This document shows, in pieces, positions 1 through 12,289 of a stretch of DNA of 64,000 nucleotides. The notes beneath the pieces were generated by a model, which saw only the letters and a program-made list of their open reading frames with translations, was not told the origin of the DNA and ran no database searches. Source of the DNA: Stegostoma tigrinum (lineage: Eukaryota); NCBI RefSeq assembly GCF_030684315.1, contig NC_081354.1, positions 53,968,259-54,032,258 on the forward strand, read 5' to 3'. Positions within the stretch are counted from its first letter, which is position 1. Each line of letters opens with the position of its first letter. A program made the translations under genes and the position numbers.

Positions 1-760
1 TGTGCCATTTAACACCTGTGGTATGTCCTTCTATTTAATAAGGTCAGATAAGATCAACTCCACTTTCCCGCCTCCTCCTCATCGACATTGACGTCTTGCT
101 GGCTACCAACCCCTGTCTTAAAAATATTTACTGACCCCACCTCCATTTCTCTGTTTAGGAGAGCTCCAAAGACATATGACCCTCTGAAAGAAAAGATTTT
201 CCTCATTTCCATTTTAAGTGGACAACCCTCTATTTTTAAACTGTGTCATCCTAGTTCCAGGCTTTCCCAAAATGGGAAACATCCTTCTGGCATTTACATT
301 ATCAAGTCCCTTCAGGATCATATATATTTCTATACATCACCATTCATTCTTCTAAACTCCAAAAGATTATGGTTAAGCATGTTCAACCTTTCCTCATAAA
401 ATAGACCTCGAAATCCAAGTGTCAATTGAACAAACATTCTCTGAACTATCTCTAACACACTCAAATGCCTTGTGATAGAATGAAAACAAAATATACGTAG
501 TATTCCATTTCAAGTCTCACCAACACCCTGCATAAGAAAGCAAAATATCTCTACTTTTATATTCCATTCCCCGTGCAATAAATTATAGCGTTCCATTTGC
601 CATTCTAATCATTCACCTGCATATTATTTTTTTGTAATTCATGTGCCAGAAAACCCAGACCCCTATAAAGCTCAGAGTTCTGCAAACTACCTCTATGAAA
701 CTAAAATGCTGCTTTTCTATTCCTCTTGTAAAAAGTGCACAAGATCACATTTTGTATGCC
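1..760 (-). mobile_element. Old CR1-like LINE 3' fragment
   Basis: Degenerate similarity by eye to the other CR1 3' fragments in the window. Confidence 0.5.
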
Positions 761-2863
761 ATTGGCCAAAGAAGAAGTATGTCAACTCGGAGCAGTCATA
801 AGAAACATCTATGTTGTTTCTGGTTGCCTCTAAATGCTTGAGTTGATTTTATAAGGACCTGAATTGATGGTCGGTTGAGAAAGTCCCAATGAACCTTCTT
901 ACCCAGAAATTAATTATTGATGTGGCAAGAAGGAAGCAAGTAACTCAAAGGGCCAACTTGCCCAATTATTACTTTGCTCTTCATTTTTCCCACCACCTCC
1001 CAGGAAGGAAAAACTCAGTCCTCCTTTTATAATGGATTTCCAAAGCTATATGGGCCTGGCCAGGTACAAGGCAAGAATACAGCAAGGAATCACTGATTAA
1101 TGAAACTGATAGGCTGGAAAATCTAGAAACAGTGTAACGACAGAGCTGCTGGTTTGCTTATGTGACAAACTCACACTTCCAGTACTTATTCAGAAAGCAC
1201 GATATCACTGCCTTGCAGGTAGTTTCTAACTCTTTGGAAGTTGCCTGTATTGGAATTTATTCATTTTGATCTGATCTTGCTTGTTGTTAATCTTTACTAC
1301 AGCACAGAAGTAATTTATAATGTTGAGACGGTGATGCAATGATAATTCAATGCACTCATAATCTGGTTGGCAATACTCTTGGAATGTGGATTCAAATCCC
1401 ACCACACCAGGAAACATTGACTGTTGTAAAAACCCAGTGGCAGAGGTGGAACCCCTTGAACCCAGCTACAGTTTGCTAAGAGGCTGTGTGCTTTCCTTAC
1501 AGAAGAGAAAGTCGAGTGCTAAGTATGAGAAATACATTTTGTGAAGACAATGCAATGGCCATATTTGTGGCGGGTTACTGACTGTGATATGAAAAACATG
1601 TGAATATGTTGAGGGTAAGTGCAAACATTGATTGTTCAGAAAGGGATGTAAGGAGATGAATTGGGGAGAGTAATGAGTGGAGCTTGAGGTATGCTGCGTA
1701 GAAGAGTGCTGGAGAAGTCAGAGTGTGAAAGTGTTATGGCACTCACCTTTCCTGCTCTGTGTCTGTATTAGCTAGCTTGGCAAGACAGCAGTGTTATGAT
1801 GCTGGTATCTTTGGCTGAAGGAACAAAATGCTAAAAGGCAATGCAGGATGAGGATGCTGCAAGCATCTAGATAGGCTCTGAGTGAGATAACATATTAACA
1901 AGAGAGCAAAGAGCCAGAAAATGCAGTCTGGTCCAGTCCATGAGTTAGGTATGTGTACCTGAGCTGAATAATCCTAGCTGTAGCATTGCAATGCCAGTTG
2001 GCACTGCAGCATTGAAGTGAAGAAGTTTCCTGTAAGTGGATTGGAAATGTGCCATGATGATTCTTAGAGGTTGGCACATGTCAAATGCCAATATCCATTG
2101 ACATGGAATGCATATGACTGGTGCCCATAGGTGTGCCAAGTGATATCGATGTCAAGTTTCTAACGTGGATGTTGTTTAGAGCAAGCGGTGAGCTGAATCA
2201 ACTGGGTACACGTTCTGGTCTCCTTGTAAAGTTTTCCTATGTCTGGCTTGTTTAGCAAGTTTAGTAAGATGGGAGGCTGAATATTAATAAGGTGAGTCGT
2301 GGCATTAACAAGTCTTTTAACATTAATCCTGATCAACTGGCATCTCATTGCTATCCAGTGAGATTCTTGCCATGCCACTTGAGAAAAGCGTAGAAGATGG
2401 AGTGAAATTATCTCAATGTTAGGGTGAGTCTTGCTGCACTCACTACCTAATTTTCCTGCACATCTCACCATGGGCTTCTTTCGCCATCTTTCAGACCCCT
2501 ATACAATTCTTCCCTTTGAGTGAGAATAACAATTCTTGGATCTATTTAGAAGTTACTTAGTTGCTTGCTCGGATCCCTTGGAAAGTGATGTACCAAAATG
2601 TTTTTCTATTCACAAAAAAATGCAATTTAAAATTCCGTAGGAAATCTATACTTAGGGGTCAGCAAAGTAATAGTTGACATTTTTTTGTTCACCACTGAGA
2701 GCAATATGTAGGCCTTTATGTCTAATAATCAAAGGAGACTGAACATGAAAAAGATTTTTATAAAGCTTCAATAAATAGTGTTGACCTTATCAATAAAGAC
2801 AAACTGAGACATTTTGAAACAAGACACCATTTTCATCTTACTCATCCTGAGTACTATTGATTA

Positions 2864-3104
2864 ATTCAGAGATAATAGGAGCTGCAAATGCTGGAGAATC
2901 TGAGATAACAAGGTGTAGAGCTGGATGAGCACAGCAGGCCAAGCAGCATCAGAGGAGCAGGGAGGTTGACGTTTCGGGCCTAGCCCCTTCTTCAGAAAAA
3001 TGTTTTTTTTTCTGAAGAAGGGTCGAGGTCCAAAACGACAGCCTTCCTGCTCCTCTGATGCTGCTTGGCCTGGTGTGTTCATCCAGCTCTACGCCTGTTA
3101 TCTC
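2864..3104. mobile_element. Penelope-derived palindromic mini-element (inverted pseudo-LTRs)
   Basis: Arms 2902-3104 are inverted repeats; same sequence as 28210-28300; flanking direct repeat tactattgatta at 2852-2863 and 3105-3116. Confidence 0.8.
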
Positions 3105-3125
3105 TACTATTGATTATTTGTCCAG

Positions 3126-3134
3126 TTCCTGGAA
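3126..3134 (+). promoter_or_regulatory. STAT (GAS) consensus TTCCTGGAA upstream of FGB, candidate IL-6/acute-phase element
   Basis: Exact TTCNNNGAA match about 300 nt upstream of the TATA box; fibrinogen genes are known IL-6/STAT3 targets. Confidence 0.45.
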
Positions 3135-3338
3135 ACTAACTATCTTTAAGACATGCCAACAGATATGATGCAATACATGGTGAGTTAAGAAAAAGATTTG
3201 ATCTATGTTAGTGAATCAAAAGTTATTCCCAAATCTCTGAATATTTGTCAGTTTCTATGTTGTGATTATTGCACATTGTATGTACCACGTACAATGGTGA
3301 AGTGTTCTGATTGTCGACCAGATTGATTGAAAGGTATT

Positions 3339-3428
3339 GTTAACTATTAACTCATTGATAAAAATTAATCATGTGGCAGCCAATCACTGTCCTCAATTCC
3401 CCAAGTCCAGTGGCTGAAACGTATAAAA
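3339..3428 (+). promoter_or_regulatory. FGB proximal promoter: HNF1 site, CCAAT box, TATA box
   Basis: GTTAACTATTAAC (3339-3351, one mismatch to the HNF1 consensus GTTAATNATTAAC); AGCCAATCA around 3380; TATAAAA 3422-3428, about 90 nt upstream of the ATG. Confidence 0.75.
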
Positions 3429-3512
3429 AAAGAACAATGACCACTTGAGCAAGTCTTTGAGAGAAAAGACATTAGTGGGAAATCAGCAAAGAGAACACGA
3501 TACCTTAGCACC

Positions 3513-3638
3513 ATGAAACTGACTTTGGTGCTTTTGTTCTGCATTTCAGCAGTTCAAGCACGGATGGACGAGTATGATTATGATGAGTTTCCATCAGGTC
3601 AGCCTGAGACACCAGATGCTGCATTGCCAAATACTGGG
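3513..3638 (+). CDS. FGB: FGB exon 1 (signal peptide and most of fibrinopeptide B)
   Basis: ACCATG start; [42 protein letters not shown]; phase-0 donor gtaaga at 3639. Confidence 0.88.
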
Positions 3639-6600
3639 GTAAGAAATGTGAAAAATGTTGTGCTGTATTGACTCTAATGACTTTTCTGCACAATGCACAC
3701 GTTTGTGCTCTTGTATTCTTTTACGAAGTTCAACCATTTATTTTGTTCTAACATTCAGAAATAGGGCCATGTTTATCTTCCATTGTTGATCAAGCTGAAA
3801 TCCACAAACCATATAATAAAGGAGCACTGATAGGCTGCACCGGTGTGATTTAAAATTGCTTGTGTTTTGTGGCTCAGACAACATGATGCTATACGTTTGT
3901 GTGAAGGAGACAAAACTTTTCACGAATACATAATGGCATCTGAAATAATCTGAATTTGATTTTGAGTGTGAAGTCGCTTCCAGATGTAAGTCTCAAATCA
4001 CATGGGATTCTCACTTCTGAAAAGAACACACAATTTTTTAAAAATTGAAGATTTAAAAGTTGCCATGTCTGTAATATTCTTCCATGATAAACAAACATAA
4101 ATGCAGGGTTCAGTCACTCAACTAAATTGAATAATTCCTTCAAACAAGTAGGAATCACATGTGGACACGTTAACCCTTCATGTGCTAGTATCATCCAACT
4201 TAACTCCCACCTAATTTTTTAATGTCAGTAAAAGACTTATCATCCAGCAAGCTAATATTATAAGTTACAGCAACATTATGATGCCAGCCAGAAGATTTCT
4301 CTGTGTACATTTAACTATCTGAGGCTGATTTCTGATTTTCCTTGATAAGGGTAATGGCAGAGTTGGTTGTGTAACTCAGTGCCAGTGATTTGTTTAAGTG
4401 TCAAAGCAAGTGTTCATTTTATATATCAGTTCTGACTCTCAGATTTCTGCTGAATTAAAATTAAACAGTAAGGAGTCAGAAAGGAGAAGTCAGAAAAGTG
4501 GTGCTTTCGTGTAACTCAATGTTATATCCCATTGCCTGAAAAGATAGCACATACTCCACGTGGATACAGACCTGATACTGATGGCGTAAACACTTACAGA
4601 AGACCTCAACCAGTTTACACTGGTGGAAGTACTGGCGGGAGAAGAATGAGATATAGGATCCAGCCCACTCCAAGCACCCAACGATCCAGCAGTGTTGTGG
4701 AGACAGAACAGCCAGAAGCAGGAGGATGCAAACATTTATCTGTAGCTAAGGTAAGGTCCACCGACTTCCAGGATGTAATGTATTGGACTGAATCTTGCCT
4801 ATAGAAAGCCCTACCACTGAGATGGAAGTCCCAAGCTTGAGACTGTGGGTGTTAGGACTGCAGGGCTAACTTTACCGTGGTGGCCAATTAAGTGGCTGCT
4901 GCCAGGATTACCATCTAATCGAGAACAGTAGCCCACCTTTCAAAGCTGGGCCACTTTGCAGAATCTGGCTGCAATGAATTTTCATTGAATCAGCAAAGCC
5001 AATAAAAGGTGTTGGCCCCTCAGCATCAGATTTGAAAAGAATACCAAACCTGAACGTATCTTCCCAAATGGCAGTGAGTAAGAAATGGTCACGTACAGCC
5101 CCGCAGATGGAGCATTCCCTCAACACTGATCTCCTGGGAGTTGTGGCTTTTTTCATTTATATTTCAAATTTTTCACAAAATTTTGAGTTCTTTGCTCCAT
5201 GTTGTGACACTATCCCTTTCTCTCACTCACATCAGCAGTACGTCAGCAGCTCCCCTCCCGCTCTGCCCCCAGGTAACTGGAGAGTATACCAGCCTGTCTT
5301 CTTTAATTGGACAGCTAGTGTACCTTTAGCCATGATTGGTCTCCTGGTCAAAATTTGCATCAGCCATCATGTACTGGTGTGATGCGTAGACAGGAACGAA
5401 AATGGCACATGAGCTGAAGCACAGCATATGTTTGCTTAGTCGGCCTCTGACCTGGAGAGGATATGGTGTTGAAAGCTCATCTTAGAGTTGAATAGGAAAC
5501 AGAGATTGCAAACAATATGATAGATCCTGAGGGAATAACTGCAGAAATGAATTCATTTAGTGGCATGGCAATAGAATTTGTAGGTGATGATGTAGTTTCA
5601 GTCTTTCCAAAAGCAAATGGAAGAAAGTTCAGTTTATCCAAGGATGGACATTGGACAAACAGCCTGACACAGTGGAGACAGCTGGTGGAGGGCTCAACTT
5701 GGCCATTGAGGTGGCCAGGAACTCTGCAGATGTAGATTTGCAAAAAGCTAGATGAAAGCCAATTCATTTAGCTCAGGAGGGTGCTCTACATCATTGCTAA
5801 TGCAATCTCAAAGTCTTTGAGTCTTGGGCTGACCTTGGAACATCATTTACATCTTGTACATCACAGGATACTGTTGGAGACTGATGCCTTGTACACAAAA
5901 TAGTATCAAATTTTGCACAGACCTCAGAGAAAAATGAGGTCCATGCCTCAAAACCTGTAGAATAAAAGAATTTCCCTGGTAGATTGCAAGAACAGTGGTC
6001 TGTGCTAAAAAAAAATGTTCCAACAGGAAGCTAAAGGCCTACAATCTAACTTGTTCATGGCAATTTGCACTGCATCTTGCAAATCTTAGGCAAACCTCCA
6101 CACAGCACTCCTGATTGTGAAGGTTTGGATACCTAGCTTGTCAGACAGATGATGTGTTACCAAAGAAGAAACAAAAAAGGAAAGTGATGATGGAGCCAAC
6201 TCACCAACACCTTGGCAATGCACAAATTATTCTGTTGAAACATTTCCCCAGTGAGGTCACTAAGTCTGCTATCTGTGCTATTGAGGCTGCAGATTGAAAG
6301 ATCTAAGAGGGGCAGGCAGGAAGGATGTTGAGGAATCAAGAAAGTAAGTGTTTTTCCTATCACAGGAGTGACAAATGGGATTTGTGCTTAGAAACCTTTG
6401 GATTTCTGTGTGGAGCTAGTAGCCAGAAGGACTGCAGTTTTGACCAGCCCAGATTCTGAGTGAAAGGCCTCGCCAAAGAAAAGGCCTGAGTCTAGTGAGC
6501 ATTTGGCATCTGGCAATGACCTGAACCTTAAAGTACAGGGAAGTTTGGGACAAGTCAGGCAGAGCGCAGTTTGGGTGAACTCTATCTTGCTTGCTGCTTT

Positions 6601-9600
6601 CTGTGGAGGGGCAACTAACTTGGCCCAAGTATTCAGATTACTAATTACCTGTTGTACCTAATTAAGACCAGGATAATTGAAATCTTTGCATTTGAAAGTT
6701 ATATGAGAGATGCAAAAATTGTGATTCAGTTATTTTTTATCACTTAAGTAAACTGAATGTCAGAGAACAAGTTGAAACGTTATTTTAACTAAAAGCTAAA
6801 ACCTTTTTACTGCATATTACAATTCAGTTTTCCTGATCTTTCTGATATGTTTTCTCATATGCCTTTTCCAATTTCCATTGAAGGGAGTGCTGTGTCCAAC
6901 TGGCTGTGAACTGAGGACTAGCCTTCTGAAGGAGGAAAAGTATACAAAATCAACCATTGATGACTTAACACTCAGAGTTTCAAATCTTACTCGGTCTACA
7001 AACACAATCCATGTTTACATTGAAAATCTAGATCATGAAATGCGGCGGCGACAAACACAGTACACAGGTACAGATTCCCTCTATTTTAGGGAGCAATCCA
7101 TTCTGCTGACATAGGTTTGTTCAACAAATCTAGAAAATAAAGCAGTGTCACAGTACCAATGGAAAGTTTATACAGTTCATAGTAATGCATGTATGTCTCT
7201 GCAGGGAATAATCAAATAGTGAGTTCATACAATGCAGAGCTGGAAGATCGTTTTGCACTGATAAAAGACAAGGTAGAGACCACACTTCCGTCATCTATCC
7301 GCATGATGCGTTCTGTTGTGCAGAGTCTCAAAGCAAAACTGGAAAATCTTAGAAAAGCTGTATTGACACAAAGAGAATTCTGTAAGAGGCCGTGCACTGT
7401 TACTTGTAATATCCCAGTGATAACAGGCAAAGGTAAAGATATCTCATAATATTCGACTCCTTTTTATTGCTATATATCTTCAATTTTTCACTATTAAATG
7501 ATGACTTTGCATACATCTTTATTTTGCAGAATGTAATGACATTTATGAGAAAGGTGGTAGAGTATCTCAAATGTACTTAATCAATCCAGACTCCTTCAAA
7601 GCACCCTACAAAGTTTACTGTGACATGACAACGGCAGAAGGAGGTACTATTTTGTGCTTCATAAAATATTATTTGCTAGAAAATTACTTTAACTTCTGTA
7701 GGTCATTCGTGCTGTGCCTTTTTGATTTGTAACAATGGAAATATTTTCCAGGATGGGCACTGATTCAAAACCGACAGGATGGTACTGTTGACTTTGGCAG
7801 ATCCTGGGATGCCTACAAAAATGGATTCGGTAATATTGCATTTGATATTGGAAAAGGTTTTTGCGATACCCCAGGTGAGTTGGTTAAAATTGTTCATAAA
7901 AATTAACTACTCGAGTGAGCATGGCATAGCTTACTGTAGTGCAATGTCCAGCTTAGTGAAGATTTTCAAGGGAAATCATCTAAAAACGAAGATTCAATTC
8001 CAGTCATTTAAAAAATATTTCTTGCAGTGTAGGCATCACTGGTTACATCAACATTTACTGCCCATCCCTAATTGTTCTGCACACAATTAAGGGTCACAAG
8101 CAGGTAAAGAATGATAGAATTTCCTCCAGAAAGGATATTAGTGAACTAGATGGGTTTTTACAACAATTAGTAGTGGTTTACATGTTCACCATTAGGCTAA
8201 CGTTTATTCTAACTTTTTTTATTAGGTTCAAATTTTACCACTGCCATGGTGGGATTTGAAACCTATCTATGCTTGCAGGATATCAACTTGGGGTTCAGGA
8301 TTATTAGACCAGTGACATTGCTGCTATACCGCTGACTCCTCTTTTGAACACAAATTTGATCATAAATGGCCCTTTTGTCCTGACAACCATACTCAAAAGC
8401 TCGGGAAATTCTGTTTTAATTTCATCGATATGAGTTACTTTACAGAAAATGTTTCTATCAAGTCTTGAGAATATATTAGCTGCTTTCCTACGCTCTTGTC
8501 CACAACTGTTCCATGACCTAGTGAAAGCAAAGAATAATGTACAAAATCAGGCATATATCTATGGTAACTGGCGTTTAAAGTGTGTTTAATCCTTGGTCAA
8601 CTGTGTGGAGTTTCCATATTCTCCCCATGTCTGCCTGAGTTTCCTTTCGGGTTCTCTAGTTTATTCTCACAGTCCAAAGATGTGCAGTTTAGATGAATTT
8701 GCCATGCTAAATTGTCCATAGTGTCCAGGGATGAGCAGAGTAGGTGGATTTGCCATGGGAAATGCAGGGTTGTGTGGGATGCTCTTTGATGGATCAGTTT
8801 GGAACTTGATGTGCCGAATGACCTGCTGCCATGTCGGAGGGATTCTATGTTTGTATGATGATAAATCTATTAATGTTGACACCTAATGCCTGGTTTCACA
8901 AATAACCAGGTGAAAGTAGACCATGTACCCACGTTTACCTGTCATTTCAAATTCTGATCGACATACACCACAACTTTCAGGACTCCTAATTTTCTTTCAT
9001 AATTCCCATCATTTTCATTTTTTCCTTTTTATAGCTTCTCAGAAAATTTATATTTGGAAAAACATCAGATACCTAATACTCTGCCTTTTAAATATATTCA
9101 TGGGACATGGCCATCATGGGACATGGGACCTGGCCGTCATTGGTTTGGCTGTTTACTGATCCCTAATTGTCCTTGAGAAGGCGTTGATGAGCTCTCTTCT
9201 TGAACTATTACAGCTCACAATATTGTTAGGAATGAACTCATAAAGAAGTAGTAGGCACAAATGGTATCTTTATTTTGACGTTAGTATCTGTTGACCTCTT
9301 CTTCAAAGCAGTGCATGACCTTGCAACTATGTCAGAAATATAATGAGTTAATTTGAAATGATAAAAGATTGTTCAAATCCTTTTCAATGCATATGCTTTG
9401 TTTTAACTGTTGTCAGTTTTCTTGCATTCTCTCCTGAAGTTGTTGGTTGCCTCCTATAATGTGTTTTGACAATTTATTTATTTGAAGGAAACGTCACAGT
9501 TGAGATCAATCTTGTTTTTATCTGATATTCTTGCATTTACATTATCCAGTGGAAAACTGCTTGCCCTGTTTTCCCATCCTGAACCCAGGAGGAGCTGCAC

Positions 9601-12247
9601 TAATTTTAATACATATCAAGTTCAACTATCTTCAGCTGAAAGTTGACTAAAGCTAAGATATGATACCAGCAGAACAAGACTTCTCATTCATTTTTAAAAG
9701 TGTAAATATCTATTAGAACCATCTGCCCAACTTCCCTTCTGTCTCGAAGAAAGTCTTGACATCTTTTAGGGATTTAGCTCAATTTTCTGTCATGAAATAT
9801 TATAATTTTTATTGTGCACCATATGACTGTGCTGTAAATGTGGATGCTGCTGGATTAGAAGTCATGGAAGATCTGTCCAGAAGCTAAATTTAGGATATTC
9901 TCATTAGACATCCCCATTTGTACATTTCTCAGGAATGGCCAATGGATTATGAACAAGTGCACAAACCCTGAAAGAATAGGCCAACTGAGATCTTTTAACA
10001 CAGACCAAATCAGCAATTGAAAACTTTCGTTAGAGACTAATATACTTTAATCTTGCTGTCACTCTTTGGGATCAAAGTTGTTCTATTTCTAAACTTTCTT
10101 GCAGGTGAATATTGGCTAGGAAATGATCGAATTAGCCAACTGACAAAACTTAAGCCTACAGAGCTCTTTTTTGAGATGCAAGACTGGGAGAACGAACAAT
10201 TAACAGCCCATTATACCAAATTTAGAGTACAAAATGAGATCAACAATTATCGTCTGTTTATTGATGGCTACTCAGGGACGGCTGGCAATGCACTTATGGA
10301 AGGGGCTAAAATGCTCTTCGGAGTCAATAAGACAATGACAATTCATCAAAACATGATGTTCAGTACATATAATAGAGACAACGATGCATGGTAAGTCTTG
10401 GGGAACAGCCTGTACTTATTCCTTCTGCTATTAGTGTGTTATTTTGAACAGTTTTGCCTGACGCTAAAAGTCTAAGGAACAGATGTTGTCTTTATTATTT
10501 AAATTCAGAAATTTCCTTGCCAGCAATATCCAAAATGTAGGTGTCCCAACAATTTTCTATCAGTTAATTTTATGCACTGGAAGAAGAGTGATCAGCTCCC
10601 ATATCTGTACACCCTGAAATTCCACTTCCATACTTCTTTATCTCACTACCAATCATACCACCTTAAAAATCTTCCTAAATACCCACGCTTTAATGTTACC
10701 TTTGGACACCTTCCATCTTCTTTCCTCAGTATCACCATTCCCCATGTAAACCACCTTGTGATATTTTGGTACTTAACATGTAGTTGGGGTGCAAATTGGC
10801 AAAGTATGGGGTTTAGGGCAGTGCAATTGTGGCATGACTGAGCTGGGAAATCCTTGATTTGGTATTTACAACACTTGTTCGTCCTAAACTTGAACTGGTA
10901 CATGTAGCCACATTGTTTTGATTTAGGTGAAACTATCTGACTGGCCCTTAATTGAGGATTCATTTTTCTGGATTTATTATGAATGGATTAGTGACTCTGA
11001 TAGAATTTGCACAAAATAATTCTATTTGGACATGTTATTTCGTTCCTTAGCAAAGCAAATTTAATGTCTTCGAGTTTAGCAGTGCTTTTTTTTGTTACGA
11101 CTTCAATGTTGGTTTATAGCAGTTGCGTAAAAGCATAGAATGTAGTGTGAGTATCAGACCAAACACATCTGAAACAGACACAGAAAATGCAGGAGGAATT
11201 CAGGCAGTATCTCAGGAGGGAGAAAAGGAAACGATTTTCAAGACTGGTTTGACTCCTCTTCATGACACAAACAGAATCTGCTTTGGAACGTGATTCTGTT
11301 CTCCAGGAAAACTCACTGATTGACCCTCTTGAAAAGTCCAATCCAAGTTGCGCTAGCTACATTTAATATCAATTTTAAAAAATAACCTTGGTAAACATAT
11401 AATTCTAGCATGATGCATCCTTAGAGCTTTAAAATGTTATTTCTTTGACATTTTAAGAAGCCTGTTAAGAATTAGCCTTAATGTAATGTTTGTCCATTTA
11501 TTAGTTGTAACACTTCAAAGCACTTAGCTTGGATTTTTCAGTTTCATTTCAAAGTCTAGACACTGAGGTTCATGGAATTCTGGATAAATCAGAAATATTG
11601 GCTTTAAAATTATGCCACGTAATAGTAACATATAGCTGTTTAAAATCTCCGACGAAATTTAAAATAGACGCGAACTCCCTTAAATAATTCTATATCTCTC
11701 TTTATAAAATCTTATAAAACTATTAGTCGTATAATCTAAAACAGATAGTACATTTGTTTCGGAAAGAGCCAAATCACTAAGCAAGTGTACTGGAAATGCT
11801 GGATTTCAAGTTGCTTCTAAAATGGAATGTGTTTTAAAAGCCGTATTTAATACATCGTCCGTCATAATCCTGCCCTTTTTACTTTCCTTTTCCTAACTGT
11901 AATCTAATGGTAATTTATACTATTTCAATGTATTTTGACACAACTTGGGGATCTGACACTGCTGTAACATTGACAGGGAACCTGGAAACCCAGCCAAACA
12001 ATGTGCCAGGGAAGATGGTGGTGGCTGGTGGTATAATCGTTGTCATTCCGCAAATCCAAATGGGAGATATTACTGGGGCGGACAATATACGAAAGAAATG
12101 GCGAAACATGGCACAGACGACGGAATTGTGTGGATGGACGCAAGAGGGTCGTGGTATTCTATGAAGAAAATGAGCATGAAGGTCCGTCCACAATTCTCAT
12201 CAAGTGGTACACAACAGCAAATAGTTCAAACTTCCCTTGAACACTAA
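3513..12247 (+). CDS. FGB: Fibrinogen beta chain gene, 8 coding exons, 512 aa precursor
   Basis: Exons 3513-3638, 4544-4750, 6884-7067, 7205-7432, 7530-7643, 7752-7874, 10105-10390, 11977-12247 join in frame (1539 nt) at GT-AG sites. Motifs [47 protein letters not shown]. Confidence 0.97.
4544..4750 (+). CDS. FGB: FGB exon 2 (thrombin site, knob B)
   Basis: aag acceptor; IAHTPR|GYRP...[13 protein letters not shown]; donor gtaagg at 4751. Confidence 0.9.
6884..7067 (+). CDS. FGB: FGB exon 3 (disulfide ring, coiled coil)
   Basis: [11 protein letters not shown]...; 184 nt, the typical size of this fibrinogen exon. Confidence 0.95.
7205..7432 (+). CDS. FGB: FGB exon 4
   Basis: [13 protein letters not shown]...[18 protein letters not shown]; 228 nt; cag/gtaaag junctions. 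Confidence 0.95.
7530..7643 (+). CDS. FGB: FGB exon 5
   Basis: [21 protein letters not shown]...[12 protein letters not shown]; 114 nt. Confidence 0.95.
7752..7874 (+). CDS. FGB: FGB exon 6
   Basis: [29 protein letters not shown]...FCDTPG; donor gtgagt. Confidence 0.95.
8590..8850 (+). mobile_element. tRNA-derived SINE (HE1-like), degenerate
   Basis: tgtgtggagtttccatattctcccc core; gggattctatg tail. Confidence 0.65.
10105..10390 (+). CDS. FGB: FGB exon 7
   Basis: [14 protein letters not shown]...[11 protein letters not shown]; 286 nt; donor gtaagt. Confidence 0.96.
11977..12247 (+). CDS. FGB: FGB exon 8 (terminal)
   Basis: [29 protein letters not shown]...[23 protein letters not shown]; TAA at 12245-12247. 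Confidence 0.94.
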
Positions 12248-12283
12248 TGATAGGGTCAAAAGCCCAGAAATGCTTTAAACAAA

Positions 12284-12289
12284 AATAAA
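12284..12289 (+). terminator. Putative FGB polyadenylation signal AATAAA
   Basis: Canonical hexamer 37 nt after the stop codon. Confidence 0.6.

Noticed and set aside
5032-5767. Short ORFs in FGB intron 2 and most other 60-120 aa ORFs in the track
   Set aside because: No recognisable domains; many start at non-ATG codons and overlap repeats or the antisense strand of exons.
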